In this document: positions 35,270 through 47,601 of the stretch, in pieces
Numbering within the stretch: position 1 is the first letter of the stretch
Layout of the letters: each line of letters begins with the position of its first letter
Source: Asterias rubens
Lineage: Eukaryota
Direction of reading: 5' to 3'
DNA length: 64,000 nt
NCBI RefSeq assembly: GCF_902459465.1
Contig: NC_047081.1
Span: 9,982,001-10,046,000 of the forward strand
The notes under the pieces: model-generated
What the model saw: only the letters and a program-made list of their open reading frames with translations
The model's database searches: none
Told to the model about the DNA's origin: nothing
Translations under genes and position numbers: made by a program

Positions 35270-36452
35270 TTATATTGTTTGAAAGTTAAACCAAAGATTT
35301 GAAAATTATCAATTGAGTGATTTGGTTCGAATAGGAAGTGCATAGCGGTAGCGCAAAGCAAATGCATTTTACAAGCCTTTAATTGTTTATGTATTATTTT
35401 ATTTTTTGTCTTCATTAGGTAGCATTATGTTATACACTAAACATTATTAACTATCCTGTCTGAAGGTGGCGCCCTAGCATTGCCTCTGTATCCAACGGCA
35501 TATCTGAAGTAAAACTGTACTATTATTCAAAAATTGCATCGATTTTTCGAAGAATGATAACATCAGTTACTTCAATTTGTTAATTATGTACTTATCAAGT
35601 GAAGGCTTTTTCCTTTATTTTAAAACGTGGCGTGATTATAATAATAAGGCCATACGGTCCGAAGCATAAAGGTAATCAAAGGGCACTTAAATTTAAAAGC
35701 TGTAAATGATTTAAAAGTAAGTTAAAAGTTTGCGGATAGCAACCATATTAAGATAATTTTTACGATTTTTATTTCTCTTTTCCCACGGTTCACTCTTGAG
35801 AAATTCGATACTAACTTGACACCATTGGCCATTTTTCGGATCTGGGATCCATACAACCTTGTTAGTATCTCGTGTCAATGCTTCGGTTTGCTGTCAACAA
35901 TCTAAAGTGATTTATCAGACTTGGTTACGGTTCTTACTGGAGACGTTGTCTTCTCATAGTAAGGTATTTACATGTTACATGAGAGCTGCTCATCATCAAC
36001 CAACATTCGTAGCTCCACACTCTTTGCAATCTAGGTGGCTGCTTATAAAATGGAAAATCATGGAGTCTTGTAAAACCACGTTTTCCTAGCTAGATAACTG
36101 AACATGAAGCTTGAAGTTTCTTCTGAGCGGTCTCTGGTTGTGATGTACCTCTATGCTCACAATAATTGTCACGATATTACGTCATACCACCTTTTTCTTT
36201 GGTTAACCGGAACAAGGGACATAACTTTATAAATGACTCAATGCAAAGCGAGAGTCGAACAATCATAAAGTTATTGGTACGTTTTGAATACTATTTTGAA
36301 TGTACATTTTGTCCGAATGACAGATTATTTACATTCTTGTCGAATGACTGGGTAAGTCTCTCGTTTATTTGTTATTGTTTAACTTTGTAAGTATAGAATT
36401 TCCTTGGCATTCACCATACTGTACCATTTTCGACCATGATGTTCTGGACACT

Positions 36453-38396
36453 TTAAAAACGATGCAAGACCTTGACCGAGCATTGATCAGCCACGATGAG
36501 GTCACCGGTAGGAGTAAATGTCATGCCCATAGGATAGTACAAACCACGAGCTACACAGCCGATGTGCTCACCTGATGCATCATAATGATGTATCTCATTG
36601 GTTCCCCGGTCGCCACCACAATGAACAGACACATAGATGTCTCCAGCATCGTCGCAGCACACACCAAGCAGTTTGATAGGTTTGTCATCAATGGAGGTGT
36701 TGATATTGAACACCTCGTTTCCCATGAAATCCAGACAAAATAGTTTCATCTTGTTGTAGTCTGCGAAGATCAGACGCTCCTTGCAGCTTACAGATAGAAA
36801 GCAGTTGATACTAATATTGTCATGATGTATTGTGGAAATAATGGATTCATCCATATTATGGAGAGATATTGCCTTTCTCTTCCAGTCGGCCACTGCAATA
36901 CGACCTTTCTTGTCCACAGCAATACCACGAAGTAGACTCTTTGACTGCCCCTCGCCTTCATTCTGTGAGGGTCTGAACTGACGAATGTATCGCAGTTCTC
37001 TATCATAAACCTTTACATCCTGTCCGTCAGTAACCAGAAGCAGGTCATCAGAGGTCACAGTAACACCACAAAGTTTGTCGGACTTGTCCTCTGTTTCGCA
37101 CTGCACACCTGTAGATTTGTAAATACCCTTTGATGTAGGCCTAAATGTGGATAATATCCGCCTCATTGAATCAGTAACGACAATGTCACCATTGCTCAAG
37201 CAAGAGACGTCGAGTGCCCACTTAAACTCCCCCTCACCTTCCCCTTCTTTACCAAACTCTGTCTTCACCTCCCACTTCTCTTCCTCTAGTATTTCACCGA
37301 GATCTGCATCAGTGACGATATCATGACCTTTGAACCTAATGAACGACTTGCTATGCTGCACTGTTTGAAACTGGAGCTCTTTGTGGAAGTCTAAGTTGTG
37401 CATAACTTTTGGCTTCAGGTCCAGCAGCTCAAAGTTATCAGCATGCTGCATCAAGTCATTGACTGAAGCTACGATCTGCTCTGCACGGCTCATCTTATCG
37501 TGATTGCTGCTCTTTATGCTCTCAAATCCCTTACCTCTTTCTTGACTGATTTGAGTGACTCTTTCTCGAAGGAGGCGAGATGCACTTCTTATCTTAGTGA
37601 TTTCTTCTTCCTCCTTAGCCACAATATCTCGAAGAGCCTGGTCGACCATGAGCTGTAATCTACGATGTGAGTGCTTGATAGAGTCATCCACTTTTTGGAT
37701 TTGTTTGCGACACTCGTCAAACTTCTGCAAGGCTTCATCAACAGCTCGACGATAAGATCGAATGGAATCATTGATCTCAGAGAGATTGTGGCTTGACGCT
37801 CGGTGATCAAACACCGCACATTTGAGACACACAAGTAAATCACACGTATCGCAATAGAAACACAGGTCCTGGTCAGTGTGTTTTCGGCACTTTTGTGACT
37901 CAGTTTTGTTCTTGTCTTTGGGTCGCTCATTTGACAAGCCGACAGCATCAACGATTTGATGATGCTTGTTATTTTTTAGTTTTGCATGGTTTTTCAGACA
38001 TGTTTTGCAAAAATTTGCATCACAGTCAACACACCGTGAGACATCTTCAAGACCTTCGTCGCACCAAACGCAAGTCAAGACAGGTGGGTTAATGTTCTCC
38101 TTCGGACCTTCAAGATTGATGACGTCATCGATAAGCGAGCTCAAGAAAAAGCAGCTTAGAAGATCGGACAATCCCTCATCTGGGATTGGCGTTTCTTTTT
38201 TACACATTGGGCAAATAATAAAATCCTTCTTCGGATCCTGTTTGTCTATAAGTTCCTGAAGACATTTGAAGCAGAAGCTGTGCAGACAGTCCAGGATTTT
38301 CGGATTGGTGAAGCGACTCAGGCAGATTGGGCATTCGATGTGTACATGGCTTATCTTGCAAGTGGTCTCAGTGGTGGGTAGTGCAGCTTCAGCCAT
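36453..38396 (-). CDS. TRIM-NHL E3 ligase copy 1 (RING, B-box1, B-box2, coiled coil, NHL propeller; no filamin domain), 647 aa
   Basis: CPIC...CLHSFC..C...CPMC RING; CVWC...CVDC...C..C...H B-box1; CRKH...C..C....C..C....H B-box2; NHL blades (GVTVTSDDLLLVTD, GIAVDKKGRIAVAD, GVCCDDAGDIYVS, GMTFTPTGDLIVAD); single coding exon. Confidence 0.92.
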   Translation of the reverse strand: MAEAALPTTETTCKISHVHIECPICLSRFTNPKILDCLHSFCFKCLQELIDKQDPKKDFIICPMCKKETPIPDEGLSDLLSCFFLSSLIDDVINLEGPKENINPPVLTCVWCDEGLEDVSRCVDCDANFCKTCLKNHAKLKNNKHHQIVDAVGLSNERPKDKNKTESQKCRKHTDQDLCFYCDTCDLLVCLKCAVFDHRASSHNLSEINDSIRSYRRAVDEALQKFDECRKQIQKVDDSIKHSHRRLQLMVDQALRDIVAKEEEEITKIRSASRLLRERVTQISQERGKGFESIKSSNHDKMSRAEQIVASVNDLMQHADNFELLDLKPKVMHNLDFHKELQFQTVQHSKSFIRFKGHDIVTDADLGEILEEEKWEVKTEFGKEGEGEGEFKWALDVSCLSNGDIVVTDSMRRILSTFRPTSKGIYKSTGVQCETEDKSDKLCGVTVTSDDLLLVTDGQDVKVYDRELRYIRQFRPSQNEGEGQSKSLLRGIAVDKKGRIAVADWKRKAISLHNMDESIISTIHHDNISINCFLSVSCKERLIFADYNKMKLFCLDFMGNEVFNINTSIDDKPIKLLGVCCDDAGDIYVSVHCGGDRGTNEIHHYDASGEHIGCVARGLYYPMGMTFTPTGDLIVADQCSVKVLHRF

Positions 38397-38830
38397 CTTG
38401 ATGAGAATGGGCTCCTGTTATCTGATGAAATAAACCAATGTTCATTTTACAATCAGTAAGTTAGCCTGAACATCTGACGTCACACTTCGAGGCTTGCGAG
38501 TAACGCCATAAAACTGGCCTCCAGCCGGCGTGTATCTTCACCTTTGACCTACATTCATTTCACAGAGATACGCAGTCAACAAGTACATGCACATACATGT
38601 AAGGTATACAATCACATTCTTGTTACGGGCCTTTATTTGTTGATCCTAAAAAACACAAACTTCAAAAACTCCGCTAAAATTTAATTCGTATAGCTTTCAA
38701 ACATTTTGTCAGATAGGATTCAAACAAGAGTGTGTACTGTTCGTACATGTACACTGTGTGAACCAAAAAGTGTTTCTACAAAATGTTACAATTCTAATCG
38801 GTCACGTGCATTAAGACAACAAAGTCCTAC

Positions 38831-38910
38831 CTCAAGCAGTAGATATGACTAATGCTCACTGCGCACACTTGAACCTCTTTGATGAATCGGAAGTGGAAGA
38901 TGGCCGGCGA
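38831..38910 (-). promoter_or_regulatory. Putative non-coding first exon/core promoter of TRIM copy 1
   Basis: Donor GAG|gtagga at 38831/38830, acceptor tttcatcag| at 38422/38421 upstream of the ATG, ETS (CGGAAGTG) plus YY1-like (GCCATCTT) at 38887-38909; conserved at 46842-46920 and 54932-55010. Confidence 0.5.
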
Positions 38911-39089
38911 ACAGAAATGGATTCTGTCTGATAAACAACGTTTAAAACATTAATTACAAAAATGTGAACCATCTTCGCCAACCTACAAAATGTATACTTT
39001 AGTACTTCCGCAAAAGCAAATGGGTCATGGTTACCGGGTCATGGTTGGGTTTATAAACCCATGTAAGTCACATGAAGCTAGACCCTAGC

Positions 39090-39579
39090 TCTAGGGTGTG
39101 CGTAAAGCGCTCGCCTCTCACCAAGGTGACCTCGGTTCGATTCCCCGCCAGGGCCATGAGTTGAGTTTCGGCTGGCTCTCTGCTTCGCCACGAGGGTTTT
39201 CCAGACCATCCCGTTTTCTCCCCTCGGGAAAAATCAACACTTTCGATCTTGGCTGTGCTCCGTGGTCATAATGGGTTGATTGATGTGGCTGCACCAAAGA
39301 CGCGCCCTTGCATGCCTGCTTCTCGTAAACGTTGTAGCCGCGTCCTTCGCAATTCAGCTCTTAGCTGCGAGTAAGAATGGTTAGCCCCCCAAATTATTAT
39401 TATTACTATTATTATATATCAAATAATAAACCACAAGGGAAACTGACTGGGTACATTTTTAAATGATTTAGGATTGAACAAAGAAAATATGACTAGAGCG
39501 GGATTTAAACGAACGACCTCCGGTTTAACGTGCCGGCGCTCTACCAACTGAGCTATCTAGCCCTATGTTGGTGGTCTCC
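39090..39579. mobile_element. Tail-to-tail pair of tRNA-derived SINEs (plus about 39090-39412, minus about 39413-39579)
   Basis: Plus: ggttcgattcccc B-box, body, (ATT)n tail. Minus: A-box TAGCTCAGTTGG and B-box-like segment. Duplicated at about 47110-47601 and 55200-55692. Confidence 0.8.
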
Positions 39580-40641
39580 AACAAGTAGTTTCTCAGAACT
39601 GGGAAAACCCGTCATACTCTACGACACATGGTTCAATGGGGCAAAACTTCATAATAGCATTATACACATTGTACACACTCTGTGCCTACATGCGCACCGT
39701 TTAATACCAACCATTGTGCTAGTGTGTGCTACATGATGATTATCTCACATATCAATGGACGGTGTTTGTGTCATAGAGCTATTATAGCCATCATGGTTTG
39801 TGCATAGGGCAAGGAACAGCTCTATGGTTCGTGGAAATAGAAAATGAATGATGTGACAAATAAATACAAGAACTATTATGAACGAATGATTAAGAATAAG
39901 ATTAAGAATGAAACACGAAGACTTCAGTTCAGTCTAGTGTAGTTGTGTTTCATGAAAAACAAAAAACTTCTATAATACTAAAAACATCGGTAATGGTGTT
40001 TCATTCAATACATCACAAAATACAAGACCGTGCACTACTGTTTATACATGGAGGTAGAATAGAGCTAAGTTCATGTACATGTAAATTACATGTATGTACT
40101 GTACACGTACTGTTGTGTTTAGTGTGAACAAGTAGCATAAACCTGTCACCTGTGTCACTTCATGGTTCATGGAGGTAGAAATAGCCCCCATGCCATAGAT
40201 GGTCATCATTTGCATTAAAATTAAGACAACTCAATCAAGTTAAGTCCTACCTCAAGCTGTCGATGTGACTAATGCTCACTGCGTACACCTGAACTTCTTC
40301 GTTGGATATTAAGTTGAATATTGCTGGTTGTAACGTTCAAAAAGCAGTGCACCCCTTCGCCAACTAACTCGACACCGATGTGAATGTACGTATACAGTAC
40401 ACGCGCAGATATCTGATGTGCGTAAATGCAATAGTAGAAATTTCTCACAACTGGAAAAACCCACTGTGCTGCATTCTACGGTGGCCTGTTGCAACCATTG
40501 CGATAGTGTGCACTGAATGAGAATTTCCTCATTTCAATGACATTTCGTATCTGATGTGTGCTGTGGAACTTGATGTTTTTTAAGTCTAACATAATTGAAT
40601 ATTGAATAATTAAGTACTGGCTGGTTGAACATTGAATCTGG

Positions 40642-41028
40642 TTAAAGGCGGTGGACACTATTTGTAATTACTCAATATAATTTTTAGCATTAAACCTCAC
40701 TTGGTAAAGAGTAATGGGGAGAGGTTGGCAGTATAAAACATTGTGAGAAACGGCTCCCTCTGAAGTGGAGTACTTTTCGAGATAGAAGTAATTTTCAACG
40801 AATTTGATTTCGAGACCTCAAGTTTAGAACTTGAGGTCTCGAAATCAACCATATTAACGCACACAACTTCGTGTGACTAGGGTGTTTTCTTCTTTCATTA
40901 TTATCTCGCAACTTTGATGACCGATTGAGCTCAAATTTTCACAGGTTAGTTATTTTATGCATATGTTGAGATACACCAACTGTGAAGGCTAGTCTTTGAC
41001 AGTTACCAATAGTGTCCACTGCCTTTAA
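40642..41028. mobile_element. Kolobok-type MITE (orthologous at 48676-49119 and 56744-57130)
   Basis: ttaaaggcggtggacac...gtgtccactgcctttaa within an aacattgaatctgg tandem context. Confidence 0.88.
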
Positions 41029-41110
41029 ACATTGAATCTGGCTGGTTAAACTAAGCCATTAGATACTTTCGGTACAGGGAAAAAAAAGAATTCACAGATT
41101 TACAAATAAC

Positions 41111-41290
41111 TTAAAGCCATTGGACACTTTCGGTAAAAAGTATTGTCCAAGGCCCACACTTCGTGTATCACAACTGATAACAAAATAACAAACCTGTGAG
41201 AATTTAGGCTCAATCGGTCATCGGAGTCAGGAGAAAATAACGGGTAAAACCCCACCCTTGTTTCCGCACGTTTCGCCGTGTCATGACATG
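41111..41290. mobile_element. Truncated MITE of a related TTAA family (also 49204-49410 and 57212-57392)
   Basis: ttaaagccattggacactttcggtaaa...; nested in a second agccattagatactttcggtac terminus. Confidence 0.65.
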
Positions 41291-43821
41291 TTTTTAATTG
41301 TTTTGTGCACGCGGTATACATGGAACACCGTACCTTCCGACTTCAGTTTTCGTACCCCACCTACGTCATAACACCATGAACTGTGTGCATTGAACATGAC
41401 CTTCCACAATCGTGTCTGCCGTATCAACATTGTATGCAAATAACTGACATAGTGTAAACCACTTGACTTTTATGATACTACAAGCACAATCCAGTTTGCT
41501 GCTTTTCACGGTACATCATGTTCTCGGGGAACCTATTCTCAAAATGGCGTTCAGTGCAAGCCATTGAGATATGAATAGTTTTTCGTTGAGTACATTTGGG
41601 TACTGATTCCTGTTTGGCAAGTTATATACCATGGAGGTAGAATTTCATGGCTGTCTGTGGAAGGAAGGTTATTTGAAAACAGACGATACGTTTTGCTACA
41701 TGGTTTCCACATGCTTCAAAAAAGGACCAGTTACCCATTAAAACAACTGCGAGTAGGAATGTCAAACAAGAATAATTATTACAGGCAGTTATGACTCCCC
41801 ATTTGCTGATATGGCAAGCGTCAGTGGCTGCGTGTGACTTCATCAGTGGAAGGGGTCAAAGGGCGGAAGTTCCTTCCGCCGCAAATCGACGCCTTTTGAA
41901 AATGAATTCGCTAAAAAGAATATTGGTGCAGGATTTCTTTTGAATTGTAATAAAAGACAGCAGAGCGGGTGGGGTCCTGTGGGTTTGTTTTTAGTTTGTG
42001 AGTAAAGGCTGCACCGAGGGGGGAGTTGGGGGAGGGGGTGGTGTGTGTCTCGTGACACTGGTGGAAGGTAATACGGACTGATAGTGTTAAACCAATGATG
42101 TTTTTTGCTGTTTATTTGTTTGTTCGTCCGTTCCCCATTAGGGGAGGGGGTAGTTCTGACCTATTGGGGTTAGAGGTCACGTTTATAGTAAATCAATTAA
42201 TCCTTTTGAGGAAGTTTTGGGATAAAGAGAATAATGTACGTTGGTGTTTCGTGTCTTTGGTTTCCCTGGAAATGGTTTTATTATTGTTGATGCTTCATTG
42301 AATCGATCCTTCTTGGTATTTTACCACCAACATGGCGACATCCCGTCTTCTATTTATAATCTTTGTCATAATATAAAGACAGCAAAAAAGGTTACGCGGC
42401 TGTTGTAAAAGCACATATAATTTTAAACTTGTTACTCGTATTCAAAAAATGAAAATACACCGAAACGGACAATTTTATTACGGTGATTTTGACACCTTGT
42501 TTTTGTTACAATCGGTCGTGTATTGTTGTCGCGGTATGTGCCCAGTTCCATTGTTGCAGTAACTCCTATTGACATGATTACTCTCTCCTCTGATTCAGCG
42601 TGAAGCTAATAGCGGGAACTTTGAAAAGCTGTTCTTGTCAATAGGAGTTACTGCAACAATGCAAATAGGCACCTATAAGCACTTACCGCGACAACAATAC
42701 TCGACCGATTATAACAACCGATGTGTCAAAATCACCGTAATTAAATTTTCCGTATCCTGGTATTATCAATTTTAGAATACGAGTAACAAATGTAAAATTA
42801 TAGGTGCTTTTACAACAGCTGGGTTACTTTTTTTTGCTGTCTTTAGTAAAGATATATGCAAAGAACTCGTACATGGTTCAGTGCACTATGTGTAGGGGGG
42901 GGGGGGCATGTTGATTATATTGGCCCTAATATGAACACCAAGAAAAACCTTTAAGAATTGAAGAATAAACTTCTTGCCGCGGAGAGTTGATTTGATGGTT
43001 TATTCTTAAAAACTGAAGTTCAACTTGAATAAAGCTTTAGGGAATCAAATTACAGTTGAATCTTATAAATTTCTTCAATTTACTAGAACTACATGATTTA
43101 ACGGTAGAATAGCAGGAAAATACATTGTCTACCAACCACAGTATTTAGTTATATGCATATTGTTCGAAAGTCCGACAAACCAAAGATTTGAAATATAACT
43201 ATTATTATCAACTGAGTGATTTAGTTCGAATAGGAAGTGCATAGCGGTAGCGCAAAGCAAATGCATTTTACAAGCCTTTAATTTTTTATATATTTTCTTT
43301 TTTGTCTTCATTAGGTAGCATTATGTTATACACTAAACATTATTAACTGTCATGTCTGAAGGTGGCGCCCTAGCATTGCCTCTGTATCCAACGGCACGTC
43401 TGAAGTAAAACTGTACTATTATTCAAAATTGCATCAATTTTTCGAAGAATGATAACATCAGTTACTTCAATTGTTAATTATTTACTTATCAAGTGAAGGC
43501 TTTTATTTAATTTTAAAACGTGGCGTGATTATAATAATAAGGCCCTACGGTCCGAAGCATAAAGGCAATCAAAGGGCACTTAAATTTAAAAGCTGTAAAT
43601 GATTTAAAAGTAAGTTAAAAGTTTGCGGATAGCAACCATATTAAGATAATTTTTACGGTTTTGATTTCTCTTTTCCCACAGTTCACTCTTGAGAAATTCG
43701 ATACTAACTTGACACCATTGGCCATTTTTTCGGATCGGGGATCCCTACGACCTTGTTAGTATCTCGTGTCAATGCTTCGGTTTGCTGTCAACAATCTAAA
43801 GTGATTTATCAGACTTGGTTA

Positions 43822-43950
43822 AGGCCGAGTTATAGTCGGTCGCGCGATGGTCGGGCGTCGGAAACCTTGACGCGCGATCATAAAAAGACACGGTTTTTAG
43901 GCCTCAGTCTTAGGATTGCGCGTAAGAATTCCGACCATATAAACCGGCCT
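43822..43950. mobile_element. 129-bp PIF/Harbinger-type MITE with TTA TSD
   Basis: TTA-aggccgagttatagtcgg...ccgaccatataaaccggcct-TTA; empty site ttggTTAcggttc in the paralogous spacers (e.g. 35925-35927). Confidence 0.85.
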
Positions 43951-44463
43951 TTACGGTTCTTACTGGAGACGTTGTCTTCTCATAGTAAGGTATTATACAT
44001 GAGAGCTGCTCATCATCAACCAACATTCGTAGCTCTACACTCTTTGCAATCTAGGTGGCTGCTTATAAAATGGAAAATCATGGAGTCTAGTAAAACCACG
44101 TTTTCCTAGCTAGATAACTGAACATGAAGCTTGGAGTTTCCTCTGAGTAGTCTCTGGCTGTGATGTACCTCACAATAATTGTCATTATTTCACATCCAAC
44201 ACTCCCTCTTTGTATGGTAAACCAGCCCTGCGGGGATTAATTCGTGAGTGATTCAATGTAAAGCGAAAATCAAACAGTTTTGATTTCATAAAGTTATTTG
44301 TACGTTTTGAATACTATTTTGAATTTATTTGTCCGAATGACAGATAATTCACATTCTTGAGAGCAGCTGGGTAAGTTCTCGTCATTAATGTTTAACTGTG
44401 CAAGTTGTAAAATGCAGTGATCTACGATTTTGTAAAATTTTCGACCATGACGTCATCGACACT

Positions 44464-46405
44464 TTACAAACGATGCAAGACCTTGACCGAGTGCCTATCA
44501 GCCACGATAAGGTCACCGGTAGGAGTAAACGTCATGCCATAAGGATTGTACAAGCCACGAGCAACACAGCCGATGTGCTCACCTGATGCATCGTAATGAT
44601 GAATCTCATTGGTTCCCCCGACACCATAACAATTAACAGACACATAGATGTCTCCAGCATCGTCGCAGCACACACCAACAGGTTGTACAGATTTACCGTC
44701 AACGGAGGTGCGGATATTGAACACCTCGTTTCCCATGAAATCCAGACAAACAAGTTTCATCTTCTCGTAGTTTGTAAAAACCAGAAGCTCCTTGCTGCTT
44801 ACAGATAGAAAGCAGTTGATACTAATATCGTCATGATGTATTGTGGAAATAATGGATCCATCCATATTATGAAGAGATATTACCTTTCTCTTACAGTCAG
44901 CCACTGCAATCCGACCTTTCTTGTCTACAGCAATACCACGAAGTAGACTCTCTGACTTCCCCTCGACTCGACTCTGTGAGGGTCTGAACTGACGAATATA
45001 TCTCAGTTCTCTATCATAAACCTTTACATCCTGTCCGTCAATAACCAGAAGCAGGTCATCAGAGGTCACGGCGACGCCAAAAGGTTTTTTTAGTTTACCG
45101 TCATCTGATCCACTTTGAACACCTGTAGATTTGTAAATACCCTTTGATGTAAATGTGGATAATAGTCGCCTTGTTGAATCAGTAACGACAATGTCACCAT
45201 TGCTGAAGCAAGCGACGTCGATTGCACAATCGAACTCCCCCGTCACCTTCCCCTTCTTTACCAAACTCCGTCTTCACCTCCCACTTCTCTTCCTCTAGTA
45301 TTTCACCGAGATCTGCATCAGTGACGATATCATGACCTTTGAACCTAATGAATGACTTACTATGCTGCACTGTTTGAAACTGGAGCTCTTTGTGGAAGTC
45401 TAAGTTGTGCATAACTTTTGGCTTCAGGTCCAGCAGCTCAAAGTTATCAGCATGCTGCATCAAGTCACTGACTGAAGCTACGATCTGCTCTGCACGGCTC
45501 ATCTTATCGTGATTGCTGCTCTTTATGCTCTCAAATCCCTTACCTCTTTCTTGACTGATTTGAGTGACTCTTTCTCGAAGGAGGCGAGATGCACTTCTTA
45601 TCTTAGTGATTTCTTCTTCCTCCTTAGCCACAATATCTCGAAGAGCCCGGTCGACCATGAGCTGTAATCTACGATGTGAGTGCTTGATAGAGTCATCCAC
45701 TTTTTGGAATTGTTTGCGACACTCGTCAAACTTCTGCAAGGCTTCATCAACAGCTCGACGATAAGATCGAATGGAATCATTGATTTCAGAGAGATTGTGG
45801 CTTGACTCTCTATGATCAAACACCGCGCAAACAGGGCATGCAAGTAAATCACACGTATCGCAATAGAAACGCAGTTCCATGTCAGTGTGTTTTCGGCACT
45901 TTGGTGACTCAGTTTTGTCCTTGTCTTTGGATCGCTCATTTGATAAGTTGACAGCATCAATGATTTGATGATGCCTGTGACTTTTTAATTTTGCGTGGTA
46001 TTTCAGACATGTCTTGCAGAAATTAGCATCACAGTCAACACACCGTGAGACATCTTCAAGACCTTCGTCGCACCAAACGCAAGTCAAGACAGGTGGGTTA
46101 ATGTTCTCCTTCGGACCTTCAAGATTGATGACGTCATCGATAAGCGAGCTCAAGAAAAAGCAGCTACTAAGATCCGCCAATCCCTCATCTGGGATGGATG
46201 TTTCTTTTTTGCACATTGGGCAAATTATAATATCCGTCTTCGGATCCTGTTTGTCTATAAGTTCCTGAAGACATTTGAAGCAAAAGCTGTGCAGACAGTC
46301 CAGGATTTTTGGATCGGTGAACCGACTCAGGCAGATGGGGCATTCGATGTGTACATGGCTAATCTTGCATGTGGTCTCGGTGGTGGGTAGTGCGGCTTCC
46401 GCCAT
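44464..46405 (-). pseudogene. TRIM-NHL copy 2 with a +1 frameshift between coiled coil and NHL
   Basis: Extra base at about 45242 (aactcccccGtcacc versus aactccccctcacc); span 1942 nt = 3n+1; ORFs of 403 aa (46405-45194) and 266 aa (45264-44464). Could be an assembly error. Confidence 0.78.
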
Positions 46406-47109
46406 CTTGATGAGAATGGGCTCCTGTTATCTGATGAAATAAACCAATGTTCATTTTCCAATCAGTAAGTTATCCTGAACATCTGACGTCACACTTCGAG
46501 GCTTGTGAGTAACGCCAGAGACTGGCCTCAAGCCGGCGTGTATCTTCACCTTTGACCTACATTCTGTTCACAGAGATACGCAGTCAATGCAAGTACATGC
46601 ACATATGCATGTAAGGTATACAATCATTTTCTGGTTACGGGCCTTTTTTTGTTGATCCTAAAAAACACAAACTTCAAAAACTCGACTAACCTTTATTTCA
46701 TTTTCGTATAGCTTTCAAACATTTTGTCTGATATGATTCAAACAAGAGCGTGTACTGTGTTGTACTGTGTGAACCAACAAGTGTTTCTACAAAAGGTTAC
46801 AATTCTAATCGGTCGCGTGCATTAAGACAACAAAGTCCTACCTCAAGCTGTAGATGTGACTAATGCTCACTGCGCACACTTGAACCTCTTTGATGAATCG
46901 GAAGTGGAAGATGGCCGGCGAACAGTAGGCCCTAATGGATTCTGTACGATAAACAAAGTTTAAAACATTAATTACAAAAAAGTTAACCATCTTCGCCAAC
47001 CTACAAAATGTACTTTGGTACTTCCGCAAAAGCAAATGGGCCATGGTTACCGGGTCATGGAGGGCTTATAAATCCCATGTAAGTAACAAAAAGCTAGAGC
47101 CTAGCTCTA

Positions 47110-47601
47110 GAGGGTGTGCGTAAAGCGCTCGCCTCTCACCAAGGTGACCTCGGTTCGATTCCCCGCCAGGGCCATGAGTTGAGTTGTGCTTTGGCTCTTT
47201 GCTGTGCCACGAGGGTTTTCCAGACCATCCCGTTTTCCTCCCTCGGGAAAAATCAAACACTTTCGATCTTGGCTGTGCTCCGTGGTCATAATGGGTTGAT
47301 TGATGTGGCTAGCAACCAAAGGCGCGCCCTTGCATGCCTGCTTCTCGTACACGTTGTAGCCGCGTCCTTCGCAATTCAGCTCTTAGCTGCGAGTAAGAAT
47401 GGTTAGCCCCCCAAATTATTATTATTACTATTATTATATATCAAATAATAAACCACAAGGGAAACTGACTGGGTACATTTTTAAATGATTTAGGATTGAA
47501 CAAAGAAAAATTTACTAGAGCGGGATTTGAACCAACGACCTCCGGTTTAACGTGCCGGCGCTCCACCAACTGAGCTATCTAGCCCTATGTTGGTGGTCTC
47601 C
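47110..47601. mobile_element. Duplicated tail-to-tail SINE pair
   Basis: Paralogue of 39090-39579. Confidence 0.8.

Noticed and set aside
35859-36089. MLVSRVNASVCC... ORF recurring in four spacers
   Set aside because: Conserved only through segmental duplication; it starts at a non-ATG codon, its length varies, and one copy is interrupted by a MITE.
37589-37951. 120-aa alternative-frame ORF repeated in all four TRIM copies
   Set aside because: Expected from the near-identity of the underlying B-box/coiled-coil DNA; no independent evidence of coding.
39495-39565. tRNA-like sequences with A/B boxes (also about 25065-25127, 47515-47585, 55607-55677)
   Set aside because: Embedded in a shared longer body and tail, degenerate stems, multiple copies: SINE heads, not tRNA genes.
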